In this document: positions 41,062-51,932 of the stretch, piece after piece | How positions within the stretch are numbered: the first letter of the stretch is position 1 | Layout of the letters: each line of letters begins with the position of its first letter | Assembly (NCBI RefSeq): GCF_001194135.2 | Contig: NC_069000.1 | Coordinates: forward strand, 46,468,701-46,532,700 | Source of the DNA: Octopus bimaculoides | Lineage: Eukaryota | Reading direction: 5' to 3' | DNA length: 64,000 bases | Translations under genes and position numbers: made by a program | The notes under the pieces: model-generated | What the model was told of the DNA's origin: nothing | Databases searched by the model: none | What the model saw: only the letters and a program-made list of their open reading frames with translations

Positions 41062-41362
41062 AAGCCTTGTCTATTTTAATGTTGTTTAAGATTTGCTTTC
41101 TGTGCTTGCAGACCTGGATACGAAACCGTGGGATTTCCAGGCTGAAGAGTGTGCGCTTCGGGCATGTGTCGACCGGTTCAACAACCGGCGGTATGGCACC
41201 AATGGAACGGACGTGAACTTCACACCAGTAGACAACTGCATACTCAGTGTTCTCGGACAGAATCTGCAGCTGAGTGATGACTTCAAGCATAACTACGAGC
41301 TTTGGTTGGAACAAGAGGTGTTCTCGAACCAGGTCGATTGGGACCAGATCCTTCACCAGTGA
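13765..41362 (+). CDS. STRIP1: Striatin-interacting protein 1/2 homolog (FAM40/STRIP, STRIPAK scaffold); whole spliced CDS of 20 exons, 2439 nt, 812 aa (826 aa with the optional 42-nt exon)
   Basis: Exon translations match human STRIP1 as I recall it (ELYxYTExPEF, PHFPxKKxLLLLWK, CWRNLFSCINLLRILNKL, QTKYLGRQWRKSNMKTMSAIYQKVRHRLNDDW, PWDFQAEECALR). All intron phases are mutually consistent. Confidence 0.97.
14592..14661 (+). CDS. STRIP1: STRIP exon 2 (TINESPDLEFSYGDSDFYENEIS), GC donor
   Basis: ttttag acceptor, ESPDLEF motif, donor G|gcaagt, phase 0-1. Confidence 0.9.
15609..15683 (+). CDS. STRIP1: STRIP exon 3 (ELYCYTEEPEFQQNLRAFEDTFASK)
   Basis: AG/GT boundaries, 75 nt, phase 1-1, conserved ELYxYTExPEF. 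Confidence 0.95.
16266..16397 (+). CDS. STRIP1: STRIP exon 4 (GYEQWTSST...AIQSILYLVQG)
   Basis: 132 nt, phase 1-1, conserved ILYxxQG. Confidence 0.92.
17222..17342 (+). CDS. STRIP1: STRIP exon 5 (VFSECDTEDHQEYWAKRNVFLIYEMGLFTSCVHLLHLEM)
   Basis: 121 nt, phase 1-2, donor gtaagt. Confidence 0.93.
18064..18496 (-). mobile_element. Mariner transposase relic in STRIP intron 5
   Basis: GDFSLEDEDRTGCP...HLQQLGKVPKLGKRVPHELSE...LVTGDEKWIFY (WVPHEL and TGDEKW motifs) with frameshift; continues into an N gap. Confidence 0.92.
18693..18761 (+). CDS. STRIP1: STRIP exon 6 (NKAVATAAQRKPCLSIADCKELR)
   Basis: 69 nt, phase 2-2, corresponds to human RKPAISLADSTDLR. Confidence 0.92.
19030..19365 (+). mobile_element. 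SINE-like repeat, family C
   Basis: gtggttggcattaggaagggcatccagctgtagaaa and tgtccaacccatgccagcatgga blocks; also at about 27510-27790, 27900-28065, 43545-43640, 44165-44385, 47565-47680 (+) and 42990-43085 (-). Confidence 0.8.
19462..19562 (+). CDS. STRIP1: STRIP exon 7 (IILNVLYTVVETMR...FKAEL)
   Basis: 101 nt, phase 2-1. Confidence 0.93.
20033..20160 (+). CDS. STRIP1: STRIP exon 8 (MPYIGDE...[23 protein letters not shown])
   Basis: 128 nt, phase 1-0, highly conserved motif. Confidence 0.96.
20955..21140 (+). CDS. STRIP1: STRIP exon 9 (LSLGGLREL...NMRASSPPASTADLIEQQMPKRGVRGKR)
   Basis: 186 nt, phase 0-0, conserved NMRAxSPPAS. Confidence 0.96.
21445..21760 (-). mobile_element. Family C repeat, antisense copy
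   Basis: Reverse complement of the family C blocks (ttctatggctggatgcccttcccaataccaaccac; ccatgctgtcatgagttggacagtttg). Confidence 0.8.
22414..22975 (+). repeat. Degenerate minisatellite with a unit of about 41 bp
   Basis: About 12-13 units of cacatgtagtgtttagctgtgt..gtgcagtgtggcac. Confidence 0.85.
24979..25041 (+). ncRNA. Degenerate hammerhead-like motif in STRIP intron 9
   Basis: ACGUGUA-CUGAUGA-AUAA...UUAU-GAA-ACCAUUGGU-U-UACCGU: core motifs and stems I-III present but A10.1-U11.1, weak stem II and GUU triplet. Confidence 0.35.
25760..25980 (-). mobile_element. Possible second Penelope-like GIY-YIG C-terminal relic
   Basis: Degenerate LPV..F...RK*LIH..DTLRP resembles the ExxxIxxxxTLxPxGLN end of PLE endonucleases; hammerhead-like motifs lie nearby. 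Confidence 0.3.
26335..26866 (+). mobile_element. tRNA-derived SINE, family A (near full length)
   Basis: Head ggagtggctgtgtggtaagtagcttgcttaccaaccacatggttccaggttcagtcccactg, central microsatellite, tail ggggtcgatttgctcgactaaaggcagtgctccagcatggcc..gactgaaac. Related copies at about 7990-8350(+), 13355-13560(+), 24710-24865(+), 52210-52470(+), 1790-1930(-), 3640-3815(-), 4690-5045(-), 6290-6395(-), 9880-10050(-), 20500-20620(-), 28100-28230(-), 60480-60640(-). Confidence 0.85.
28295..28975 (+). mobile_element. Three head-to-tail family B SINE copies
   Basis: Units starting at about 28295, 28545 and 28770, separated by (ATT/GTT)n tails. Confidence 0.85.
29706..29971 (+). CDS. STRIP1: STRIP exon 10 (SLLKQISLDGYE...low-complexity linker...CLPWKPKVR)
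   Basis: 266 nt, phase 0-2; LxKQ..LD and LPWxPKVR flank a N/D/P/T-rich linker. Confidence 0.92.
30913..31042 (+). CDS. STRIP1: STRIP exon 11 (LKDLELFLDQTRAKFVGF...GLPQPIHEGVKVLRE)
   Basis: 130 nt, phase 2-0. Confidence 0.95.
31387..31458 (+). CDS. STRIP1: STRIP exon 12 (HLYISLSELQIKREDEIAKNPFSM)
   Basis: 72 nt, phase 0-0. Confidence 0.93.
31740..32010 (+). repeat. 18-bp minisatellite with two alternating unit types
   Basis: taattactcatttatgcc and taattactcagttgtgca units. Confidence 0.85.
32286..32360 (+). CDS. STRIP1: STRIP exon 13 (PEKEIPNTPTELLYQALLPSLPQYS)
   Basis: 75 nt, phase 0-0. Confidence 0.94.
32903..32988 (+). CDS. STRIP1: STRIP exon 14 (IALLKILLAACPTSKTKSESINILTDVLP)
   Basis: 86 nt, phase 0-2. 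Confidence 0.96.
33484..33525 (+). CDS. STRIP1: Candidate 42-nt STRIP exon 14b (HLTNDQEPDAQNIR)
   Basis: Long polypyrimidine tract plus cag acceptor, donor AG|gttgcc, frame-preserving phase 2-2, no stop; lies where homologs have EEMP. Confidence 0.5.
33612..35225 (+). mobile_element. Cluster of about five same-orientation family B SINE copies in STRIP intron 14
   Basis: Repeated gagctggcagaa / gagttcaaatt / actttgcctttcatcc / ttgtgcctatagtagaaaggattatt blocks; more copies at about 32050-32225, 36720-36840, 48590-48720, 39400-39545(-), 50700-50870(-). Confidence 0.8.
36543..36669 (+). CDS. STRIP1: STRIP exon 15 (TTVLQSVKLEIDINRHKEII...KHFKLNHIYQ)
   Basis: 127 nt, phase 2-0. Confidence 0.96.
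36903..37003 (+). CDS. STRIP1: STRIP exon 16 (FEFLSQHLVLANCIPLVLKFFNQNIMSYVATKN)
   Basis: 101 nt, phase 0-2. Confidence 0.96.
38608..38674 (+). CDS. STRIP1: STRIP exon 17 (SIVALDFPSCVIGEQIEITGENL)
   Basis: 67 nt, phase 2-0. Confidence 0.93.
39851..39955 (+). CDS. STRIP1: STRIP exon 18 (ENGDDQVFCWRNLFSCINLLRILNKLIKWKHARTM)
   Basis: 105 nt, phase 0-0. Confidence 0.97.
40370..40574 (+). CDS. STRIP1: STRIP exon 19 (MLVVFKSHPFLKHAL...HRLNDDWAFGN)
   Basis: 205 nt, phase 0-1. Confidence 0.97.
41112..41362 (+). CDS. STRIP1: STRIP last coding exon (DLDTKPWDFQAEECALR...DWDQILHQ*)
   Basis: 251 nt, phase 1 to TGA stop. Confidence 0.97.
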
Positions 41363-41726
41363 AATGTGTCGCTGACTGCAGAAGAAGGGAGGCATCGGAC
41401 CCTTCGTTGGTGGACTGTCGACTAGGATCAAACACCTGTGGGGTACTGTAACCCCACCTCTTTAATTTTGGGCTGTAGGGTGGGGGGATCAGTCGAAGTG
41501 AAAGGGTGCCCTTAGTGTGTTGTGTGTTTGTAAGGGAATGAAATGCAGACATTGATGATGTTGGGTTGGGAAGGTTTGGTAAAGCTGAGATACAGTATTA
41601 GGCTCCTGCCCTGATATTGGGGGGGTCAGATGATGTGGGGTGGGTGGTGGTGGTGGAGGACAGGGAGGTGGAGTCAAAGACTGAGGGTGACTAGATTTTC
41701 TTTTAACTATTTTAATGCTTTTCAGC

Positions 41727-41769
<43 letters not shown>

Positions 41770-41782
<13 letters not shown>

Positions 41783-41816
41783 TGTTTATACATATATACA
41801 CACATTCACTAAACGA

Positions 41817-41855
<39 letters not shown>

Positions 41856-42060
41856 CACACACACACACACACACACCCACAACACAGATTTGTATACTTA
41901 TAAATGTATAAGCTATATATAGATTAAATGAGCAACACAAAGAAACAAGTATGCATGTGTGTGTGTGTGTGTATACAAATGGGGATTGAGCCCTCCTTCC
42001 CTCCTTCCTACATGCCATGTTGAAACATGTCTATAACTTATTAAACTAAACAATAAAATA
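41770..42060 (+). terminator. Candidate STRIP polyadenylation signals
   Basis: AATAAA hexamers near 41775, 41816 and 42052, downstream of the stop codon; which is used cannot be determined. Confidence 0.3.
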
Positions 42061-43285
42061 GTCCTTGAAATATTTCAAATTTTGCCGATTCCATATTTGC
42101 TGCTCCAACACCTGTCTGAAACATTTCCATAGGAAACTGATCAGCAGTTCCTCACAACACTTAGTGTAGAATTATTCCTGTGTTTGGTCTTTTATTGCTA
42201 GTTTGAATATTCATCAGACATTGGTCCTGTTTGGTGCTGTTTGATGGAACCTACCAGTAATAGAAAGAACAACAGTTAAATTGAAATTTTAAGAATGAAT
42301 GTTAACCATTTCGTGTTAGGCCTCTGTCAGTTAAGGATAACTTGCATCTGTGTGTGTGTTGGCGTGTGTGCAAGGTTGTTTTGCAGAAGGTTAGAACTTG
42401 CTCCTGCATGCAAATCTACCTCTCTATACCACTCATGCTTATCCAAGAGAAAGGCTACGAATTTAGAATTGATGTGGTCTGGCACCAATGTCATTGTGCA
42501 AAAAACCAGATCCAATTCTCCAAGACATCTCAGGTTTTTCTCTAACACAATCTCTGCCAATCCTTTCCCGTAGGTTGGTGGTTGTTTTTCAATCAACCCA
42601 TGACAATATGAAAGGCAAAGCTGTCCTCTTGTGCAGCAAACCAGAACAAGTAGTCTGTGAAGTGCACTTTCCGAAATTCTAAAAACTCTGCCATTTCTTT
42701 GTTTATTTTGTTTTGTTTACTCTGTTTCTGTTGAAAATTCACTGCCTTTATTTCAATTAATTTTGAAAATAACGAAGAAATTAGTAAAATAATTTTGTCA
42801 TTAATTAATCTTGTGTTTGGGCCATGAATTAACATGAAATTTTGATGGAATAAGTTTCATAATTTTAGATCACTTTAAAATGAGGGATGTGTATCGTGGA
42901 ATAAAGGGCTATCTTTGGTGGAATGGTATTAAAAGGGTTGAATATGGTTATTGATTTTGAACAAATTGAGGATGTTATTGCTTTGACCCCCCACTTTCCT
43001 GTTCCTCCATGGGTCAGACAGAATTTGTTGAGTCTGATTTTCTATGGCCAGATGCCCTTCTTGTTACCAATCTTCATCTGCTTCCAAGCAAGTTAATAAT
43101 TCTGTCAGTCCTTCAAACACAAATAGCACAATGCAGTGGGGGGGGGGCGTGATTTTGCAAGTGAACGACACCATTCGTAAGACAGTAATGCTTCTTTTTC
43201 ACAATTAGTGCACATTGTCAAGACAAGGAGACACAAACACAAATGCAAAGAGCACATATCGTTTAACCTGTCTTGNNNNNNNNNN

Positions 43286-43325
<40 letters not shown>

Positions 43326-44465
43326 CACGTACATACACATACTCACACCATATATCTACACATACAAACACAAATGCAAAGAGCACATATCGTTTAACCT
43401 GTCTTGTGTAGACATAAATATTTAATATCCTGCATATTCCACCTGTAAAGCTACTAAGCTACAGGTGGTCAAGCCTGTTGTCATTTCCTCTATCAACAAA
43501 TCCCTCTTTGGCCCCATACGGATTCCTTACTTGAATAATAGATAATGAGGGTTAGCAACAGGAAGGGCAACCGACTGTAAAACAATGCCATGATAATATA
43601 TTCCTCTAACTCATACTAGCAGGAAAAACAGATGGTAAAACTTAATCCAATGAATAATAAATCCATGTATATTCTGGTCCTTATTTCGTCTTTCTGCTTG
43701 GTTTTCAAATAATCTGGGACTCATTGAACAACCAGGGTTTATAGTTTTCTTCTTAGTTTAAATAATAACAACCTTGTTATTCCGATTATCAAATCAAACT
43801 TTCTTTTTACATTATTTAAGATTAATTTATCTCTGCCCTTCCCTCTTCACAAAATGTGGTTTTCACTTCATTAAGCTCTCTCCTATCAAAGAAGAACTAA
43901 ACGGTTTGCATGAAATATGCTAGTGTTGTTAAAAACCCACATATTTTTTGAAGAAAAATAATGATTTAAATAATGTAAAGATAATGAAATGAATAGTCAT
44001 TTGATTTTAAAAAACGGATACTCTCTTCCCCACCTAGCTGGCTATTGTGAGCCTCCTGGCTTAGCCAACAGACTGAGGCAAAAATATGTTTGTTGAAAAT
44101 GTAACTTGAACAGTTTAATTGCTTTCATGCTGTCTTGGTGCTTCAGTTTTTATGTATAATTATGTGTGTGCGTTTGTCTTGCGAGTAACATGGCAACCTC
44201 ACTAGTACTGGTGCCACAAACATAGTACCCTGTACATTCTGTAAAGGGATTTGGTATTATGGCATTAGGAAGGGCATTAAGCCATAGAAAAGTAAACATT
44301 GGAGCATGAACCAGTCCTCCAATTCGTCGGATCCTGTCAAACCGTCGAACCCTTCCTAGCATGGAAGATGGACGTTAAATGGCGATATATTGTTCATTCA
44401 TTTTGTTTAATGCCTGTTTTCGATGTAGGCATGGCTAAGCATGAGAAAACTGAAAATAGATTTTG

Positions 44466-44520
<55 letters not shown>

Positions 44521-46404
44521 TGCTGAACAATTTGTGTTTACAAAGGAAAATGTACTCTGTACATAAAGTGTAATTTCTATATTTTATTAGAAGCTGAAAC
44601 TTTTTGAATCATTACTTTAAGTTTCAAGATGATGTTTTTCAGACAATCGAAGCAGGAAAGCAGCATGACAATATATAAGCAAAAATATTCGTTAACCCTT
44701 TGAAATATTAGTTTTTGAAATTTGATTAGTTGCCAAAACAAATGTTTCACACTCATCCGTTCCTGTGTCATCTGCAGAACACTTGCTCTCGTCGTTGAAA
44801 CATGTGGTTAGGGTGTTGGATTCATGATTCTCAGGTCGTGGGTTCCATTCTTGGACCTAGCAACATGTCTGCCAGCAAGGTTTCATATTACTCAAGTTTA
44901 CTCAGCTGTAAATTTAAAGCAACTTGCAAAAATGTTGTATAATCTACTGGGTTATATTTGTTTGTGAGTGATGGCTAAGGCCGTTCAAAAATATATTTTT
45001 GTCCTCAGTACCACATGTGTAAAACACACAAGACCCAGGAAGGTGACTCTTCAGGCAGTTTTAGTTTTGATGAGAAACATTTTTTGTAAAGATTTTTATC
45101 TTTCAGTATATGATGAATCCTAAACGTGGCAAATAAACTATTTCAACCAATTGGTATTTGGAAATGTCTCGTCAAATATCAATAGAGTAAGCTGAAAGAA
45201 TTTAATAATTTCAATCTTTTGTGCTAAATTGTGAAAAACTTGTATCCTATGTTGTATTTCTCTCAGCGACAAAAATTACTACTTCTGGAGCAGTTACTAC
45301 AGGGTTGTATTTGTTATGGATTAAATGAGTTTATATTTGTTAGTATAGGCTGGATAAAAATCCTTAAAAAAATATTCCTCACAGTGTACGTATCTATTTA
45401 GATTCTCAGAAAGACATCTCACTGCTTCATTCTCCAAACATATTTGGAGTTTAAAGGATGACAATATTTAATATTAACGATTATAAACTCGATTGGTTCA
45501 ATATAGAGCACACGTCATCCTACTGTAATGGTTCCAGAAGCTGCCATCTTTGTTTCTTGGAGAAATATGGCACTCTGTTATAGACCATTACAATTTGGAA
45601 TTGATAAGTTCTGAAAGTCACTTTCATTAATATTTGTTAAGGAATTTTCAAATTGCAATGGTTAAAATAGTTTAGTTCCCACATATTGAATTTATCATAC
45701 TCTGAAAGATAATTACATATTGCGGAAAAAAATAACCCTGAAATTGCCTAAATAATATCCAGCTTGCTTTGGTGCCTTTTACACGTATGACGCTGAAGCC
45801 AAGATGATAATAGGTGTTGATAAATAATTCTTTCATGTGTTACGCATATAACAGTTGGATGATTGTGTGATGCAATCAAACAAAACGATCAGTTGTATTT
45901 CGATGGGATTTACGAATACTTTTGATTATATATTGTCACGCTACTTTCTTTCTTGAATCGTTTGAATAAAAGGCAAATGAGAGAGTAACTGTTCATACTA
46001 CAAATACTGCTAATAAAAATAACATATCCAATTGCTACAGTCTGTAGATGAAAAACAAGATGGTACTTAAAGCAAAGTGTATAGTTTATTCATATATTTT
46101 TAAAACTGAGATTGTGGTCAGTACTCCCAATTTCATGCTCTTACTGTGTGTAATCTGAGTAGTGTTAAAGTCTCATGTATTCATTTGAAGCTTAGGCTTT
46201 CCTCTGTCGCTGCTCCGAGATTATTCATTTCTTCAAAGTAATTTACAAATACGTTATATATTGTGGAGAATGTGATAGAAACAGGAAACTCAGAGTAGCG
46301 ACTGAGTAAAACTTTGCTTTAAATGAATGTACATATTTTACGACATGTGTTGAATATTTTTCTCTTTTGTTTGTCCAGCCAAATGGATACATATGTGTGT
46401 ACGC

Positions 46405-46449
<45 letters not shown>

Positions 46450-46648
46450 CATAATCGATTGCACATAATGTATGTGCTTTGTTCGCCGGATTCGCTGCGG
46501 AATAATGCTTGGGGATGACACCCTTATGACGCTGGGTGTTAAAACACCCGAAAGTCAGCATTATAAGGGAGTCATCCCCAAGCGCTATAACGCAGCGAGT
46601 CCGGCAAACAAAGAAAGCACGTACATTGAATATGGGCGATCGATAATG
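46450..46648. repeat. About 200-bp imperfect palindrome (MITE-like)
   Basis: About 80-bp arms atcgattgcac..tgacgctg and cagcatta..gcgatcgat; loop contains gggtgtt-aa-aacaccc; mismatches are mostly transitions. Confidence 0.8.
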
Positions 46649-47889
46649 TTTACATGACTAACGCTCCTTTTAATTCATTATTGAATACACACACACTCAT
46701 ACGACGCACATGCATCGATGTGTGTGAATAATGCAGATACATTGTCAGATAGTATTGGTAAACCAATGCCAACCAACTTTGATGAGTTTCTCTGCAAAAA
46801 AAAAAAAATTAAGAATCTACCATTTTCTCAACTTTGCTGCCGCAGAACTCTGCATAAAGGCTCTCACTTGTTCCATGCTGCATTTAACGATTCCAAAATA
46901 AAAATGGTGGTTTTTTAAATAATAAAAGAAAAAAAACTAAACTCGAAGTCGTTTGTCTCTGATCATTTGTTGAATTGTCTTCGTGTTTTTTTAATTTTAT
47001 TTTATTTTATTTTTTGTACTTGTGTCTGGGCAAGGAAACAGACCCCATGGCCAACTTATTGGTACATGGCGAAGGCAGTGTCTATCGATGGTGTTGACCA
47101 TGCATGGGCTGACTTTATCGAGAAGCGGGCCGCACTACTAAAAAAAAATTCAAGCTAAGTTTTCGTTAGGCACGCCATTCAGAAAGTCCCACGGGCTGCA
47201 GTTTACTCGTGACTGGCGTAGACGGTCTCTGTCGATACACGACGATAAATGTGTCTGTGGATACTCAATGAAGACGGTTTCCATCGATTTAGGGTGACGA
47301 TGGTCTCTTGGACAAAACAAGGAATGAGATTAGAAGATGTTTAAGTAGAAATAAAAGCAGGTGTTTGGAGAATTATGGAGAGAATTGTGTTGGGTAAAAA
47401 GCAAAGAAAATATTGTAAATTGGAATTGTCCAAATAGATAAAACCTTTCTGTTTTGCAGAGGATGGTTGGTCAGGACTGACTTGCAATTAAACTACCGAT
47501 ATATATTATCGAACTGAGAGATATAAAGATTAATCGCCCCCGCATAATTCTTTGAGGTTTGTTGTTTTGTAAGCTGCATGGCAACCTCACTGGTGCAACC
47601 TTTGGAGCCATCGGATTCTACTAGATCTTCCAACCCATGTCAGCATGGAATATGGTCGTTAAAGGATGTTCGTGACGATTTAACCCCACATATTAAAAGA
47701 TAAACAGGAAAGACTACCCCCATCGGGGTCTGTCTTAACACAAATAAGTAAGCGCCGGTAATATTCACAGAGAATTTCTGTGATGGCCTTCAACGAAATG
47801 AGATTATGAAGAACGTTTTGTTGTTTGCGAGGAAGATTTTTGATGATTTTAATCTAAGAATCCGAAGATAAAAAGAACGAAATTAAAGA

Positions 47890-48125
47890 CATCCGACATG
47901 GTTATCTTCTGGCCTGCTGCCACCGGATATAAAGCAGTGTTTGTTGCACCGATTCTGGCAACATAATGCCATGTTTCAAGATGATACCTGCCTCTAATTT
48001 CAGATTTATTTCTATGATGACTGGGTGTTAATCTCAGTCTATTCTTGTTCCCGTAATGTTTATATATTTTGGTAATTGAAGATAACCGAACTAATTGTTC
48101 TCTGTCGACTCCTCCCATCTTATTA
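47890..48125 (-). mobile_element. piggyBac-like transposase relic
   Basis: NKMGGVDR motif followed after an apparent deletion by RY..xxHY and Cys/His remnants resembling the C-terminal cysteine-rich domain. Confidence 0.4.
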
Positions 48126-48256
48126 GAAGACGCGCATGTGTGTGCATATTGTGTATATCTACACACATACATACATGTATGAATGTATATATTATATATA
48201 GGTATATATACACATACGTAGATACATACACCAAATACGTAAAACTTATATTTGTG

Positions 48257-48331
<75 letters not shown>

Positions 48332-48917
48332 AAATATATGTATATATATATATATGTATATGTACATTTTGTGGATACATTCATACATACAATATACGCA
48401 TACAACTTATACGTACATATCAGTGGATTATATAACCTTTCCTTACAAAATAGTAAATGGCAAATAATTTACTTCTTTAACTGCCCTCATATATTATATA
48501 CATACATACACACATGCATACATACATACACACATACATACATACATACAGTTAGTTATTTGGCAGAGGTGTTAGGGCATCAGAGAGATTGCTTTACGTA
48601 ATCATACAGGTGCCCTGCGATCTGGTTTCAAATGCCACCGAACTCAACTTCATCTTTCATCCTTTTGGTGTTAATAAAAAAAGAAACACCGACCCAATTC
48701 TGGGGTCAATGATTCTTCTCTTTTTCTCACTCATTCTTTCTTCTTCTTCTTCTTCTTCTTCTTCTTCTTCTCGAATATTGATTGCATTCAAACGTGAGAA
48801 GGCATCATAGGATTGGCCAAGTATAAAAAGGTTTAAGATACACTCTATGTTCCCATGACTCCATTAACGCATTAAGGGCCCTATACTATCTATCTATCTA
48901 TCTAATCTATCTATCTT

Positions 48918-48949
<32 letters not shown>

Positions 48950-49683
48950 ATGTATATGTATATAGTTTATTTAATCCAGGGTCTGTTACTCCGGAATTTT
49001 GACGGCATACTGCCGTTTCTTCAGACAGGTAGATACTCCAGAGTAACAGGCACCACTCTAAGTTTGTGCTGAGTACTTTCTCCGGATCAATACCGAAGAA
49101 CAGTATACACACACACACACACACATGCGCTCGTACACATGTGGATAAGTATGTACGTATATAAACATATATAGCCTCTGTGTGTGTGTGTGTGTGTACG
49201 TTGTCTATGCCAACGAAGTTGGTGCTAAACAGTGTCTAAAGCTGTTATACAAAGAAGCACGTGAACGGCTAATTCCTCCCAAATTCTAAACTCATCCATC
49301 ACGTGGGCCACCAAAGTTATTTGGCACCAACATTCAGGATGAGTTCTGGTGATCCAAATGCTTTAAGTACCCATCCCACTGCCAGCCACACTTCACTTTC
49401 CCAACCCAAAATCTTTATTTTATTATTATTATTATTGTTTTGTTTTTTCTTTATGATGTCTTATATTTCAATTTCCGTCCGTGAATCTTTGCGTGTCTGT
49501 ATGTGTGTGCTGCTCTCTCTTCCCAGCTCACAGATGTGTGTGTGTGTTCTTGTATGCGTGTACGTGTCTATGTGTTATGTATTTTTAGCTTAGCATATGA
49601 TTGAACAGCGAACATATTTTGAAAATACGAAATGAGATATTGCACACACATGCACACACACACACATTCTTATAGAAATAATT

Positions 49684-49777
49684 TACTATATTTATTCGTG
49701 TATTAGTCGTACTATTTTATACTTAATTTTATTTGAAAAAAAAATGGGGTGCGACCTATACATGAGTAAATACGGTA
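49684..49777. mobile_element. Small pogo/Tc2-like MITE
   Basis: Imperfect 29-bp TIRs: tactatatttattcgtgtattagtcgtac versus reverse complement taccgtatttactcatgtataggtcgcac; TA termini. Confidence 0.65.
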
Positions 49778-50274
49778 TCATAAAAATAGAATAAAAAGCA
49801 GAAAAGCATAAATTTCACATATAGTTCATAATGTTATTGCGCTCTACAGCTGTTTCACTGACATAAAACATCGTTATTTATCATTATTTATCGAAACTAT
49901 GTAGACAGCACAAGAAGAAGCGACCTTATGGTCGCTTCCAAGTGTGCTGTCAACATACCTTCGATTAACCTCTGCCCCTTTCGTCTATCTACTGCGCATG
50001 CGCTCTCTAGTAGTAACAGAAATAATTTTTTTCATATAACGTAATGGATGTTTTTTTTCTTTATATAATGTAATGTGTAAGTTTGTGTGTGTGCGTGTGT
50101 GTGTTAATGCATGCTAATATATGTATGTTACATAATATGGGTGCTATTCTGTGTGTGCGTGAGTACGGTGTATGTGTGTATGTGTGTGTGCGTGCATGTG
50201 TTGCGTGTAGGTGTGTACATGCATGTTTGTGTGCGTGTGTGTGTTAATGTATATTAGTGCGAGTTATATAACGT

Positions 50275-50592
50275 AGGTGCTGAGAGGTTCGGGCGTTCGG
50301 TTCACGATTGCAAGGTCGTGAGTTCGAATCCCGGCGGTGCATCTTGTCCTTGAGCAAGACTCTTTATTTTCCCGTTGCTGCAGTCCGCTCGACTGGCAAA
50401 AATGAGTGGTACCTGTACTTCAAAGGGGCCTTTCTTGTCACATTCTGTATTACGCTGATTCTCCCTGGGAGCTATGTCAAGTGTACGCGTGGCTGTGGAG
50501 TACTCAACCGCTTGCACGTTAATCTCACGAGCAGGCTGTTCTGTTGATCGGATTAGATCAACCGGAACATTCCTCGTCATAACCGACGGTGA
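50275..50592 (+). mobile_element. tRNA-derived SINE, family D
   Basis: B box gagttcgaatcc, then ttgtccttgagcaagac..cagtcc..ctggcaaaaatgagt ..gagtactcaacc.cttgcacgttaat.tcacgagcaggctgtt; antisense copies at about 14960-15250 and 30470-30760. Confidence 0.8.
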
Positions 50593-51069
50593 GTCAGACA
50601 TGTATGTATGTGTGTGTGTGTGTGTATAGAAGTAAAATGACCAATATATCAACACAATGGACCACTTCCTTTTTCTTGGAACGCCATCTGGTGAGATGAG
50701 CAGCTCCCTGTGAGAGACTAGTGTTGGGGTGGGGGGTTGATCTATTATATTGAACCCAGGACTTGACTGAGACTTTTTTTCATCGACCCTGAATAGATGA
50801 AAAACAAAGTTGACCTCAGCCGGATTTGAACTCAGACCATAAAAAGCTGGAACAATTACCTCTAGACATTATGTCCAACACTCTAATTCTGCTCCAGTCA
50901 TCATCACCATCACCATCATTATCACACCTACCATCTTCATCATCATCATCATCATCATCATCACCACCACCCTCATCAGCTCCCCCTTCTACCTCTACCC
51001 AACACTTCTTTTTGTTTCCTTTCTCCTCTTCATTCTTCTCATTATGATCGTCAGCACCACGACGACGAC

Positions 51070-51123
<54 letters not shown>

Positions 51124-51875
51124 GATGATGATGATGATGATGATGATGNNNNNNNNNNNNNNNNNNNNNNNNNNNNNNNNNNNNNNNNNNNNNNNNNNNN
51201 NNNNNNNNNNNNNNNNNNNNNNNNNNNNNNNNNNNNNNNNNNNNNNNNNNNNNNNNNNNNNNNNNNNNNNNNNNNNNNNNNNNNNNNNNNNNNNNNNNNN
51301 NNNNNNNNNNNNNNNNNNNNNNNNNNNNNNNNNNNNNNNNNNNNNNNNNNNNNNNNNNNNNNNNNNNNNNNNNNNNNNNNNNNNNNNNNNNNNNNNNNNN
51401 NNNNNNNNNNNNNNNNNNNNNNNNNNNNNNNNNNNNNNNNNNNNNNNNNNNNNNNNNNNNNNNNNNNNNNNNNNNNNNNNNNNNNNNNNNNNNNNNNNNN
51501 NNNNNNNNNNNNNNNNNNNNNNNNNNNNNNNNNNNNNNNNNNNNNNNNNNNNNNNNNNNNNNNNNNNNNNNNNNNNNNNNNNNNNNNNNNNNNNNNNNNN
51601 NNNNNNNNNNNNNNNNNNNNNNNNNNNNNNNNNNNNNNNNNNNNNNNNNNNNNNNNNNNNNNNNNNNNNNNNNNNNNNNNNNNNNNNNNNNNNNNNNNNN
51701 NNNNNNNNNNNNNNNNNNNNNNNNNNNNNNNNNNNNNNNNNNNNNNNNNNNNNNNNNNNNNNNNNNNNNNNNNNNNNNNNNNNNNNNNNNNNNNNNNNNN
51801 NNNNNNNNNNNNNNNNNNNNNNNNNNNNNNNNNNNNNNNNNNNNNNNNNNNNNNNNNNNNNNNNNNNNNNNNNNN

Positions 51876-51932
<57 letters not shown>

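Noticed and set aside
50275-50345. tRNA gene
   Set aside because: A/B-box-like head continues straight into SINE body sequence and no cloverleaf forms; SINE head rather than tRNA
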